56,351 nt of DNA from the IMG/VR virus record IMGVR_UViG_3300012987_000010, positions 1 to 56,351 of that record; one strand, 5' to 3'. Position numbers and translations under genes: made by a program. Source of the DNA: a virus. Its lineage: Duplodnaviria > Caudoviricetes. The notes under the pieces are model-generated. The model saw nothing but the letters and a program-made list of their open reading frames with translations. It did no database searches and was not told where the DNA came from. Positions 8,506-16,723 of the stretch are shown piece after piece; positions within the stretch are counted from its first letter, which is position 1, and every line of letters begins with the position of its first letter.

Positions 8506-9828
8506 ATGGAAGCCAAGTACGACGGCTGGTGCGACGCCTGCCAAAGCGACATCCACGCGGGCGACGAGATCGTCTCGAACGACGACGGCGGGTGGGTTCA
8601 CCTGGAGTGCGGGCCGGAGGAGGAGGAGGGCCCGGCCGACGACATCATGGGCCGGCTCATGGGGCCGGTCGGCCGTGACGCGGACACGACCGGGACCGAC
8701 CTGGCCACACGCCGTGAGTCGGTCCGTCGGACGACAGGCTACGTGCCGGACCCGGTCGACCCCGAGTCGGCCGCCATGGCGCAGGACGACGGGTCGATCC
8801 CACCGTCCGAGCCCGCCGGACGGCATCCGGCATTGCGTGACGAAGTGCCCATGAATCCGCCGGCGCACCCGCCGCAACCGGAGGTCAAGCGGGACCGGTA
8901 CGGGCGGTACGTCCTCAAGCACCCCACGAAGAACCTCCGAGGCGCCCTCTCCCGGTGCACCACCGTGGTCAAGGCGTCCGCCGACACCTATGCCCTGGGA
9001 GAGTGGCAGAAGGGCAACGTGGCCCGTGGCCTGTCCCGCCGCCCCGATCTCCTGGCCATGGCGGCGAGCATGGGCCCGGGGGACCGGCGATTGAAGAAGC
9101 TGGTGGCGGACGCGGAGGAGGCCGGCGGCGGGTCGGAGGCCGCCAACCTGGGTACCGCACTCCACGGCTTCACGGAGGCGATCGACCGGGGCGGCCGGTT
9201 GGCCGACGTGCCGGAGGACCACCGCGACGACGTGATCGCCTACCGCAAGGAGATGATCCGGCAACAGCTGACCGTCGTTCCGGAGGCGATCGAGCGGGTC
9301 ACCATGACGTCCCGATGGGACGGTGTGGCCGGGACCTTCGACCGGATCTACCGCCTGGACGACGGGACGTACGTGATCGGCGACCTGAAGACCGGCAAGG
9401 TCGGCTACGACCCCAAGGAGATGTTCGCCCAACTCGCCGTGTACGCCCAGGGCGTCAACGAGGTCGGCGTGTACGACGTCGCGGCGGAGCGCTGGGAGCG
9501 CCTGCCCTTCGATGTCCGCACCGACCTGGGGCTGATCGTCCACCTCCCCGCCGGTGAGGCCACGTGCACGGTGTACCTGGCCGACCTGGAGGCCGGGCGT
9601 CATCACGTGGAGTTCTGCGCCTCGGTGCGCCGGCACCGCAAGCTGAAGCACGCTCTTCCGGCCAGGGAGGCACCGGGAGCCACGGAGGACGAGTGGTTCG
9701 ACGCCATCTGCCGCGCTCCGAGTCGCGACGTCCTGGCCGTCCTCGGTTGGATGATCAACGACGACGGCGCCATGACGGACCGGTTGCTCGAAGCCGGTCG
9801 CACCCGGGCCGGTCAACTCCCCGACTGA
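8506..9828 (+). CDS. PD-(D/E)xK exonuclease (RecE/Cas4-like) with an N-terminal Zn-finger
   Basis: GTALH, AGTFDRI, IGDLKTG, QLAVYA; N-terminal CDAC...HLEC. Confidence 0.8.
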   Translation: MEAKYDGWCDACQSDIHAGDEIVSNDDGGWVHLECGPEEEEGPADDIMGRLMGPVGRDADTTGTDLATRRESVRRTTGYVPDPVDPESAAMAQDDGSIPPSEPAGRHPALRDEVPMNPPAHPPQPEVKRDRYGRYVLKHPTKNLRGALSRCTTVVKASADTYALGEWQKGNVARGLSRRPDLLAMAASMGPGDRRLKKLVADAEEAGGGSEAANLGTALHGFTEAIDRGGRLADVPEDHRDDVIAYRKEMIRQQLTVVPEAIERVTMTSRWDGVAGTFDRIYRLDDGTYVIGDLKTGKVGYDPKEMFAQLAVYAQGVNEVGVYDVAAERWERLPFDVRTDLGLIVHLPAGEATCTVYLADLEAGRHHVEFCASVRRHRKLKHALPAREAPGATEDEWFDAICRAPSRDVLAVLGWMINDDGAMTDRLLEAGRTRAGQLPD

Positions 9829-9935
9829 CGGGACTTGACTGTCATGACAGTGACGGTCTAGTCTGGTGGAACACCGGCCGGGGCGGAGGGCAAGGACCCG
9901 GTCCGGCCGGTGGACAAGGAGATCGGCGGTACGGA

Positions 9936-10007
9936 GGGCGTGGCCTGTGGTCGGCCGTAGGACGGGAGTGGAACCTCGTCACCAGGGTGCAACCCCCTGG
10001 GCGCCCA
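9936..10007 (+). ncRNA. tRNA-sized cloverleaf-like element (degenerate, loop AGTGGAA)
   Basis: GGGCGT/GCGCCC-A closing stem, three internal hairpins, T-arm-like CCAGGG-TGCAAC-CCCTGG; non-canonical loops. Confidence 0.35.
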
Positions 10008-10078
10008 CGCCTCCACGGACGGAGGGTGTGATATCCCGCCGGACCGGCAAGTTCGACGGGTCCTACCGAGGAGTACGC

Positions 10079-10276
10079 ATGAAGTACTGGATGGGCGTCG
10101 TCGCCGTGTCTGCGGTGGCAGGGGCTTCCCTGGGTATGTTCGACCTGGTGTCCGACCACCGCACACCATTCTGGATGAACATGATCGTCGGAGGCGTGGC
10201 CGTCTACGTATACGACCGGGTATATCGGCTCCGCGCCGACCGGGCCGACGTCAAGCCGATGCACGAAGACATCTGA
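10079..10276 (+). CDS. Small membrane protein (65 aa)
   Basis: GAGGAG RBS; two hydrophobic segments. Confidence 0.6.
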   Translation: MKYWMGVVAVSAVAGASLGMFDLVSDHRTPFWMNMIVGGVAVYVYDRVYRLRADRADVKPMHEDI

Positions 10277-10363
10277 GTTTCCCGTCGTGACCACTTCCCG
10301 TGGTCGCCATGGGGACGGTCCGGGACGATCGCCCGGAGCCTGGAACGACGGTATGTTGCCGTC

Positions 10364-10449
10364 GGGTGCGTGACGGAAAGGCCGGTCCGATTACCGGCTG
10401 AAGGGTTTCCCCGCGTGGCGGGAAGCCGGGTTCGACCCCCGGCGCACCA
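10364..10449 (+). ncRNA. tRNA-like element with an intact acceptor and T-arm but atypical D and anticodon arms
   Basis: GGTGCG/CGCACC-A stem; T-arm CCGGG-TTCGACC-CCCGG. Confidence 0.5.
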
Positions 10450-10552
10450 CGGGAACACGGCGGTCTGCAAAGCCGACACGTGATCCAAGACCCCTGACAG
10501 GGTCGGTGCCCGACAGCTCTGCGCGTGTCAGGGTGACAGAGTGAGGGCATTC

Positions 10553-10624
10553 GGGTGGATAGCACAATCGGTAGTGCGCCCGGCTGTAAACCGGGTGATC
10601 GAGGTTCGACTCCTCGTCCTCCCA
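10553..10624 (+). tRNA. tRNA-Tyr(GTA), short variable loop, CCA not encoded
   Basis: Acceptor GGGTGGA/TCCTCCC (one mismatch), D-arm GCAC/GTGC, anticodon arm CCCGG-CTGTAAA-CCGGG, T-arm CGAGG-TTCGACT-CCTCG. Confidence 0.8.
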
Positions 10625-10804
10625 CGGGGCCGTGACACGAGAAGCGATCGACCGCATATCCGGATGGCCGTTACCGGTAACAGGTACGGATGGCCGGTGA
10701 ACCGGGGCGATCGTGGAAGCAACAGGTCCCGCATGCACTCAACCAAGCCTCATGGGCGGTGTCAGGAGAGTGCAGGGGATGGCCCACCCGGCTGCAACGG
10801 GCCA

Positions 10805-10875
10805 GGGGAGAGATGGTGTAGTGGCAGCACGTCGGTCGCGACGAAGGGTTCCGGTTCGAATCCGGTGCTCTCCCC
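10805..10875 (+). ncRNA. tRNA-like element with a truncated anticodon arm
   Basis: GGGGAGAG/CTCTCCCC stem; canonical D-arm GTGT-AGTGGCA-GCAC; CCGG-TTCGAAT-CCGG; anticodon arm reduced to GTCG-GTCG-CGAC. Confidence 0.6.
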
Positions 10876-10878
10876 GAA

Positions 10879-10981
10879 TGGACACGCCGCTTCGGTGGCA
10901 TCGGGTACACGTGAAGACGAGGGTTTGGAGTGCTCCTTTCCCCTGGTCCCACGGACCGTGGTTCGAATCCACGGGTGTCCA
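10879..10981 (+). ncRNA. tRNA-like element with acceptor and T-arm and a long atypical interior
   Basis: TGGACAC/GTGTCCA 7-bp stem; CCGTGG-TTCGAAT-CCACGG; GCCGC-TTCG-GTGGC hairpin in place of the D-arm. Confidence 0.55.
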
Positions 10982-11099
10982 CAACCGTCGGCAGGTCCCC
11001 AGTCGGCGCCCTTGGGCGGATGCCGTGGGACGTCAAGGTTGGCCCATCCGTACGCCGTGAGGTTGGGCTCATCGGCAACAGCGACAGCCAGGAGACATC

Positions 11100-11678
11100 G
11101 TGAGCATGGACGACCTGTTCGACCGGATGATGGGTGAGGAGTGGGCCAAGTCGGCCGACTTCTCCGAGATCGGCAACAGCCACGCCGGCATCTGGACGGC
11201 GATCAACGAGAAGCAGGCGCGTGAGTTCATCCCCGGCTCCCCCGGCAAGGGGGCCCTGCTGTTCTGGGGCGACGACCGGAAGCCTACGAAGATCCCCAAC
11301 GACTCGCCCCTGATGGAGATGTGCGTCATCTTCCAGACGGACCAGGACGACGAGGAATGGGAGGACGACGGGGACGACGGCCGCCGGGAGATCAGGATGA
11401 ACAAGAAGGCTCTGACGTCCGCCTTCCGTTCCGCAGTCCTGGCTTCCGGGGCCAAGAAGCCCGAGCTGGGCGCCTGGTGGCGCGTCACCCGGGTGGAGAA
11501 CGGAAAGCCCGCCTACAAGGGCGGCAACCCTCCGTGGGGTTGGCACGTGGTCTACAAGACCCCCGCCCAGTACGCCGAGACCGGCGCCGACCCGGCTTCC
11601 CGGGTCGCCCCGGCCAAGTCGGCCGTCAAGGCCGGGCGCAAGGTCCAGGACGACGACCCGTTCGCCGTCCCCGAGTAA
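11100..11678 (+). CDS. Single-stranded DNA-binding protein (actinophage type)
   Basis: beta-rich core with an acidic DDDPF tail; lies near the exonuclease. Confidence 0.65.
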   Translation: MSMDDLFDRMMGEEWAKSADFSEIGNSHAGIWTAINEKQAREFIPGSPGKGALLFWGDDRKPTKIPNDSPLMEMCVIFQTDQDDEEWEDDGDDGRREIRMNKKALTSAFRSAVLASGAKKPELGAWWRVTRVENGKPAYKGGNPPWGWHVVYKTPAQYAETGADPASRVAPAKSAVKAGRKVQDDDPFAVPE

Positions 11679-11974
11679 CCGTTGGACCACGACCCCCGGC
11701 GCACGGTGCGCCGGGGGTCTTCTCCTGGAAGGGGTACACCGTGTGTGACGCGACCGGGTGTGTGAGCCCCGTAGCGGCGTGGAGGATCGGCCGCGACAAC
11801 CGGGGGCACAAGACCACCCTCGCCCTGTGTGTCGCCCACCGCCAGGCCCTGGACTCCGGAGAGCCGGTGACCACGGCGGCCGGCACCTTCCGGGAATGAG
11901 ACCACGGCCGTCGGGAGGGCGAGTCCGACGCGCCGGCCGCGCGATGCCGGTCCGCCAACCACGGCTACGCGCAC

Positions 11975-12010
11975 CGAAGCCCGCACCCCTTGCCGGGGGT
12001 GCGGGCTTCG
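11975..12010. terminator. Hairpin terminator between convergent genes
   Basis: cgaagcccgcacccc / ggggtgcgggcttcg. Confidence 0.7.
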
Positions 12011-12018
12011 TCGTTCCC

Positions 12019-12414
12019 TCAGACGATGGTCGACTCCTGGGGGAAGGTGAACGGCGGGAGCGTCGCCGCCGGCGGCCCGATGGTCTCCATGTCCACGACG
12101 TCGGAAAAGATCCCCTGGATCTCCGGTGCCGGGACGACGGGGGAGATCTTCCGCTCGCCCAGGTGTTCGCTCCACTCCGCCCATCCACGGTCGACGGCGC
12201 GCACGATGTGACGGTGGATCAGCTGCCTGTCCACGCCCAGGGCGTCGGCCGCCTGGGTCTGCGCGCTGCCGACGTGACCCGCGTCCTGGAAGGCCCTCAC
12301 CAGAGCCACCAGGCTCATCGTGCGCGCCTGGATCCGTGGCTTGTTGTTGGGGTGCCGGGCAAGGTCGGCTGCCGCCTCTCGCGCCCGCGTGACGGCCTGG
12401 TCGATGGTGTCCAT
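12019..12414 (-). CDS. HTH DNA-binding protein (candidate regulator)
   Basis: AQTQAADALGVDRQLIHRHI HTH; divergent from the promoter at 12441. Confidence 0.6.
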   Translation of the reverse strand: MDTIDQAVTRAREAAADLARHPNNKPRIQARTMSLVALVRAFQDAGHVGSAQTQAADALGVDRQLIHRHIVRAVDRGWAEWSEHLGERKISPVVPAPEIQGIFSDVVDMETIGPPAATLPPFTFPQESTIV

Positions 12415-12438
12415 GGGGGTTCTCCCGATGTTCGTAGG

Positions 12439-12476
12439 TGTTGACACCGTACCAGGGTAGCCCTAGTGTCAAGACA
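12439..12476 (+). promoter_or_regulatory. Promoter TTGACA-N17-TAGTGT with TGTCAAGACA palindrome
   Basis: Motifs at 12441, 12464 and 12467-12476. Confidence 0.75.
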
Positions 12477-12507
12477 AGAAAAGCCTCCGACCAGGAAGGA
12501 TGCGGAT

Positions 12508-12741
12508 ATGGATCACATGGACCCCGGAAGACGCGAAGCGGCCTTGGCCATGGCCGACGCCCTGCCCGACAACCCGTCGCGCCGTGGCGTCCTGGCCGGC
12601 TACACGGACGACGGCTACCACCGCGAGGCTGACTACGCCGCCGTGGCGTGGGCCTGCCTCATAGAGGCGGAGGACATCGTCCTTCGTGGCCGCCCGCCGC
12701 GCGGCTTCGACAGTACCTACCGAGACGGAAGGGAGATCTGA
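12508..12741 (+). CDS. Hypothetical protein (77 aa)
   Basis: AGGAAGGA RBS downstream of the promoter. Confidence 0.55.
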   Translation: MDHMDPGRREAALAMADALPDNPSRRGVLAGYTDDGYHREADYAAVAWACLIEAEDIVLRGRPPRGFDSTYRDGREI

Positions 12742-12742
12742 G

Positions 12743-12838
12743 ATGGACTGGACGAGTTTCGCCATGGGGGTCACGGCCATGACCTGGGTCGGATTGATCC
12801 TCGTCGTGATCGTTGCGGTGATGGGGCGGAGGAAGTGA
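12743..12838 (+). CDS. 31-aa single-TM peptide
   Basis: MDWTSFAMGVTAMTWVGLILVVIVAVMGRRK; GGGAG RBS. Confidence 0.5.
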   Translation: MDWTSFAMGVTAMTWVGLILVVIVAVMGRRK

Positions 12839-12948
12839 TGATCATGGTGTACTTCTGGACCTTCGTCCACCTGATCGGTCTGCTGTGCCTGGGCGTCCTG
12901 GGCGTCGCCCTGGTAGCGGCGGCGGCCGGACGACTGGTGGACCGGTGA
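12838..12948 (+). CDS. 36-aa single-TM peptide
   Basis: MIMVYFWTFVHLIGLLCLGVLGVALVAAAAGRLVDR; TGATG coupling. Confidence 0.5.
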   Translation: MIMVYFWTFVHLIGLLCLGVLGVALVAAAAGRLVDR

Positions 12949-13370
12949 TTCGTCCGGGTCGACCGTGGTATCGGGTGGAGATCCCGTCCTTGCCATTGAT
13001 CAACATCAATGACGAGAAGAGGATGCACTACCGGGTGAGGGGTCCTCGGCGAAAGGCGCTGCGCGAGGCCGCCAAAGAGGCGGCCGAAGGGATACCCACC
13101 CTGGCCCGTGCCCGGGTGATCTGCTACGTGACCCGGTCCATAGGAGGCTACCGCTGGGACCCGAGCAACTGGTATCCCTCCGCCAAGGCGTGTGTGGACG
13201 GGTTCACGGACGCGTGCCTGTGGCCGGACGACAGCGTCCTTCACGTGGTCGGACCCGACATTCGAGGCGTGACGACGGAGAGGGCCACCCCGCACGGTCG
13301 ACTGGTGTTCCGGATCATCGACCTGTCGGACGGCGATCAGGAGGAGGGAGAGGATCCCGATGACGGGTAG
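12945..13370 (+). CDS. rusA: RusA-like Holliday junction resolvase
   Basis: DPSNWYPSAKACVDGFTDACLWPDDS matches the RusA DxxN...K..D...DD motif. Confidence 0.8.
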   Translation: MIRPGRPWYRVEIPSLPLININDEKRMHYRVRGPRRKALREAAKEAAEGIPTLARARVICYVTRSIGGYRWDPSNWYPSAKACVDGFTDACLWPDDSVLHVVGPDIRGVTTERATPHGRLVFRIIDLSDGDQEEGEDPDDG

Positions 13371-13860
13371 GAAGGGTGGCACGTCCACGTGCAAGTGGTG
13401 CCCCAGGAAGGCACTGGTCCGACCCGGTTCCGCCCAGGTGTGCGCGGCGTGCCGCGACCGGATCGACCGGGTGATCCGGGACTCGATCTCCCGGCAGCGC
13501 CGCCTGGGTCTGACCAACGTCGACATGGCTCGTGAGTTCGGGTTCTCCCTGGACACCTGGCGTCGCCTGAAGATCCAGGCGGAGCACAATCCTGACGAAC
13601 CGGTGGTCACCGCCCGGGTCGATCCGCTCCACCGGGAGCTGCGGGAGGCCGACCCGGCGGAGACGGCCCGGCGGTGGGAGCACCGGGCGGCGTGCCGGTC
13701 GGACCCGGACCCGGATCGTTTCTTCCCGGATACCGCCGAGGACCGCGCGGCCATCGATCGGGTGCTCACCGTCTGCATGGAATGCCCGGTCGCCAGGGAG
13801 TGCAGAGCGCACCGGGGGCGCGTGGGGGTGTGGGGAGGGAAGCTCTACGTCCAACTGTGA
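13360..13860 (+). CDS. WhiB-family transcription factor with an N-terminal Zn-finger and HTH extension
   Basis: W...AAC...FFP...CMECPVAREC...GVWGG; N-terminal CKWC/CAAC and LTNVDMAREFGFSLDTW. Confidence 0.85.
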   Translation: MTGRKGGTSTCKWCPRKALVRPGSAQVCAACRDRIDRVIRDSISRQRRLGLTNVDMAREFGFSLDTWRRLKIQAEHNPDEPVVTARVDPLHRELREADPAETARRWEHRAACRSDPDPDRFFPDTAEDRAAIDRVLTVCMECPVARECRAHRGRVGVWGGKLYVQL

Positions 13861-14016
13861 TCCCGTGCGCCGGAAGCCTCCGGAAGTCGTGCCGACTTCC
13901 GGAGGCTTCTGTGATGACAGGCTGTTGACAAGAGTGTAGGGTGGCCAATCCGTGAACGAGACGGAGCCGCGCCCCCTACCCGGACGCGGCTCCCTGTGCC
14001 CCCTGGAGGGACGACC

Positions 14017-15066
14017 GTGCGATCCGAGACTACCCGCCGAGCAAGTGTTCGAACCGTTGTCGTGCCGGAGCTTCCGACCAGGACCCCGTCGGCCCGGGAG
14101 CCGGCGCTCAAGATCTACGACAACCTCCTGGGTGTACTCGGCGTGGTCGGCACCGCCGTATCGGGATGGTCGATCGCCACCCTCCTCCACGAGGAGGGTG
14201 GCATGCCGTGGTACCTGGCCGGCCTCGGAGTCGGCGTGTACGACCTCCTGGCCTTCATGGCCGGCCTCATGGTCTACATCCGCCGACACGAGCCCCACCG
14301 GGCCGTGGGCGCCCAGGTGCTCATGCTCGCCGCCGTGGCGGGGAGCGCCTACGTGAACTACATGCACGGTCGACAGATCGGCGGCGACCTGGTGGCGCTC
14401 CTCCTGGGTGCGGCCCCGGTGGTGTTCGAAGTCGCGTTTGCCATGCGGCACAACGTGCTGACCCTGGTGACGGCGACCCTGTTCCCCAGGGCCATGTGGA
14501 GCCGGTACAAGGACGGCGTGTGGGTCAAGCTCCACACCGGCAGCCTTCCGGCAGCTTCCGGCGACCTTCCGGCAGAGCTTCCGGAGCCTTCCGGAGGATC
14601 CCTGGTGTGGCCTTCCGGTGAGGTGACCCTCCTTCCGGAGGCCCCCGGCATGTCGCCGGAGGGCGTGGCTCGGAAGGCCGCCGCCCTGGCCGACGAGCTG
14701 GAGGCCGGGCACCGCGAGACGATCTCGGAAGCCGTCCGGAGGCTCACTCCGGCAACCTTCTCGGAAGCTTCCGGAGGCATGCCGGAGGATCCGGAAGTCG
14801 CCATGGAGTGGGCAAAGGCGCGGTCCGAGACGATCCGGAAGATCGGCGGATCGGCGATCTCGGAGGACTCTCCGGAAGCTGCCGGAAGGCTGCCGGAGTC
14901 TCCGGCGGAGCGTGCGGAGGCCGTGGCGGAAGCCCTCCGGAAGGGTGAGCGGATCACCGGTGAGACCGTGGCCGCCTTGTACGGCGTGTCCGACCGGACC
15001 GGTCGCGACTACATCCGACGGGCCAAGGCGATCAACGCCGCCAGGTCGGAAGGGTCGGAGCGGTGA
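14017..15066 (+). CDS. Spd-like (DUF2637-type) plasmid-spread membrane protein with C-terminal HTH
   Basis: Four N-terminal hydrophobic segments, low-complexity linker, then GERITGETVAALYGVSDRTGRDYI HTH; coupled to the FtsK-type gene; start may be 13996. Confidence 0.65.
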   Translation: MRSETTRRASVRTVVVPELPTRTPSAREPALKIYDNLLGVLGVVGTAVSGWSIATLLHEEGGMPWYLAGLGVGVYDLLAFMAGLMVYIRRHEPHRAVGAQVLMLAAVAGSAYVNYMHGRQIGGDLVALLLGAAPVVFEVAFAMRHNVLTLVTATLFPRAMWSRYKDGVWVKLHTGSLPAASGDLPAELPEPSGGSLVWPSGEVTLLPEAPGMSPEGVARKAAALADELEAGHRETISEAVRRLTPATFSEASGGMPEDPEVAMEWAKARSETIRKIGGSAISEDSPEAAGRLPESPAERAEAVAEALRKGERITGETVAALYGVSDRTGRDYIRRAKAINAARSEGSER

Positions 15067-16583
15067 GCCCGCCGTGTCCCGAGGTGAAAGCCCCCGCGAT
15101 CGCGGGGGCTTTCCTCACCGCAGCTCCCTGGGCCGCCGACGCCCTGGGAGCCGGGTCCGAGTACGGCTTGGCCGGCGTCGCCATGGCGACCGCCGGCCTC
15201 GGCGCGGTGCCCTTCTCCCTGCGGACCGGGGAGGCGCCCACGGCGGTCTCCCTGGCCGGTCTCGGCGGCGTGGCCTGGGGATCCTGGACGGCCTGGGCGT
15301 GCTGGTCCGACGCTCCCACGCCGGGGCGCGTCCTCCTGGGCGTCTTCCTCACGGCCGCCTCGGTGGCCGCCGGAGCGGTGGTCCGGTGGCGGACCCTCGG
15401 CACGCCGCTGGAGCGGGCGAGGCTGGACCTGGAGCGAGCGCGCCTGGCGAAGGCTTCCGGAGGCCTTCCGGACGCCTCCGGAGACTCGCCGGAAGACCTC
15501 CGGAAGACTCCGGAAGACGTGTGGGAGGAGCTTCCGGAGGTCACCTGGGAGCCTCCGCTCCGGACGCCGGACACCTGTGACCCCGTCGACGTCGGAGGCG
15601 GCGTGGTCGTCCCCCTGGTGGGAGGTCACGTGATCATGGGGGGCGCCACGGGCGCGGGAAAGTCGGTGTTCCTGGCCGACTTCATCGCCGACCTGTTGCC
15701 CCGGCGGAACCTGAGGATCACGGTGATCGACCCCAAGGGCGACGCCCTCCTGGGCATGCTGCGCAACAGCCGCGTCCGGATGGTCGATCCGGAGGACGCG
15801 GACGCGGTGATGTCCGAACACCTGGCCACGATGAAGCGCCGGGGCGACCTGGTCCGCGCCGCCGCCGACGCGTACACCAGGAATCCGGTGGGCGACCCGC
15901 CACCGGACCACTGGGAGCCGACGGAGGAGGAGCCCTGGGAGGTGGTCATCGTGGACGAGTTCACGGACTTCGGCGGCACCGACACCATGGAGTTCATCGT
16001 GGAGATGGCTCGCAAGTCCAGGTCGCTCGGGCAGACCCTGATGCTCGCGACACAGACCCTGGACGCGGCGCTGTTCAAGTCGGAGAAGGCTCCGTCCGGA
16101 GGCGGCCCCAGGTCCCAGTTCGGCACCCGGGTGGCCGGCCGCGTGGACAACTCGGCGGAGGCGGAGAAGATCTTCGGGGAGCGCCAGGCCAAGGTCTGGC
16201 AGCCCCACATGATGCCCGGCCGGGGTCACGTCCTGGTCCGGTCGGAGGACCAGCGGGAACCGGTCATGCGCCGAGTGCCGTACATGGACAAGGCGACCCT
16301 GGCGGCGTGGGCCCGACGGTGTTCCGACGGTGTTCCGACGGCGTTCATACCGGCCCAGCGGGACGGCGGCCGGCATCTGTCCCTGGTCCCGGCCGCCGCC
16401 CCGATCACCCAGGCGGACACCGTCCTGGGGTGGCTGGAGGAGCACGGACCGGCCTCCGCCGTGTCCGTGTCGGTCGCCACCGGAGTGCCCCAGGGATCCG
16501 TCAGGACGGTCCTCAAGCGCCTGGCGGACCAGGGGTGCGTGTCCAGAACGGACGGCCTCTGGGAGGCCGTGACAAGGCCGTGA
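15063..16583 (+). CDS. traB: TraB-like FtsK/SpoIIIE DNA translocase
   Basis: N-terminal TM segments; Walker A GGATGAGKS, VIDPKG, Walker B VVIVDEF, ARKSRSLG, LATQ, PGRG; C-terminal winged helix (ATGVPQGSVRTVLKRLADQG). Confidence 0.8.
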   Translation: MSPPCPEVKAPAIAGAFLTAAPWAADALGAGSEYGLAGVAMATAGLGAVPFSLRTGEAPTAVSLAGLGGVAWGSWTAWACWSDAPTPGRVLLGVFLTAASVAAGAVVRWRTLGTPLERARLDLERARLAKASGGLPDASGDSPEDLRKTPEDVWEELPEVTWEPPLRTPDTCDPVDVGGGVVVPLVGGHVIMGGATGAGKSVFLADFIADLLPRRNLRITVIDPKGDALLGMLRNSRVRMVDPEDADAVMSEHLATMKRRGDLVRAAADAYTRNPVGDPPPDHWEPTEEEPWEVVIVDEFTDFGGTDTMEFIVEMARKSRSLGQTLMLATQTLDAALFKSEKAPSGGGPRSQFGTRVAGRVDNSAEAEKIFGERQAKVWQPHMMPGRGHVLVRSEDQREPVMRRVPYMDKATLAAWARRCSDGVPTAFIPAQRDGGRHLSLVPAAAPITQADTVLGWLEEHGPASAVSVSVATGVPQGSVRTVLKRLADQGCVSRTDGLWEAVTRP

Positions 16584-16723
16584 CAGCCATCGTGACAACC
16601 GTTCCTGTCACGCCCCTGTCACGGTGGTTGTCACGGCTCGTGAGCTGGGATGTCACGCTGTCACGCGAGCACGCGACAAGCCCCCGGATCCACCAGGATC
16701 CGGGGGCTTGTCGCGTTGTCACG
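16568..16723. repeat. clt-like array of nine CGTGACA/TGTCACG heptamers plus a hairpin terminator
   Basis: CGTGACA at 16568, 16579, 16591; TGTCACG at 16606, 16617, 16629, 16651, 16659, 16717; hairpin 16671-16716. Confidence 0.75.

Noticed and set aside
8506-9828. Cas4-like nuclease as CRISPR-associated
   Set aside because: Context (helicase, SSB, RusA) points to phage recombination; no array present
10879-10981. tmRNA
   Set aside because: Too short, and no tag reading frame was identified
10541-11137. ORFs across the RNA island
   Set aside because: They overlap clear tRNA folds and lack an RBS or protein-like composition
15063-16583. FtsK ATPase as the packaging motor or a type VII secretion EccC
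   Set aside because: TerL and portal are present; it has a single ATPase domain plus a winged helix, and no WXG100 genes were seen
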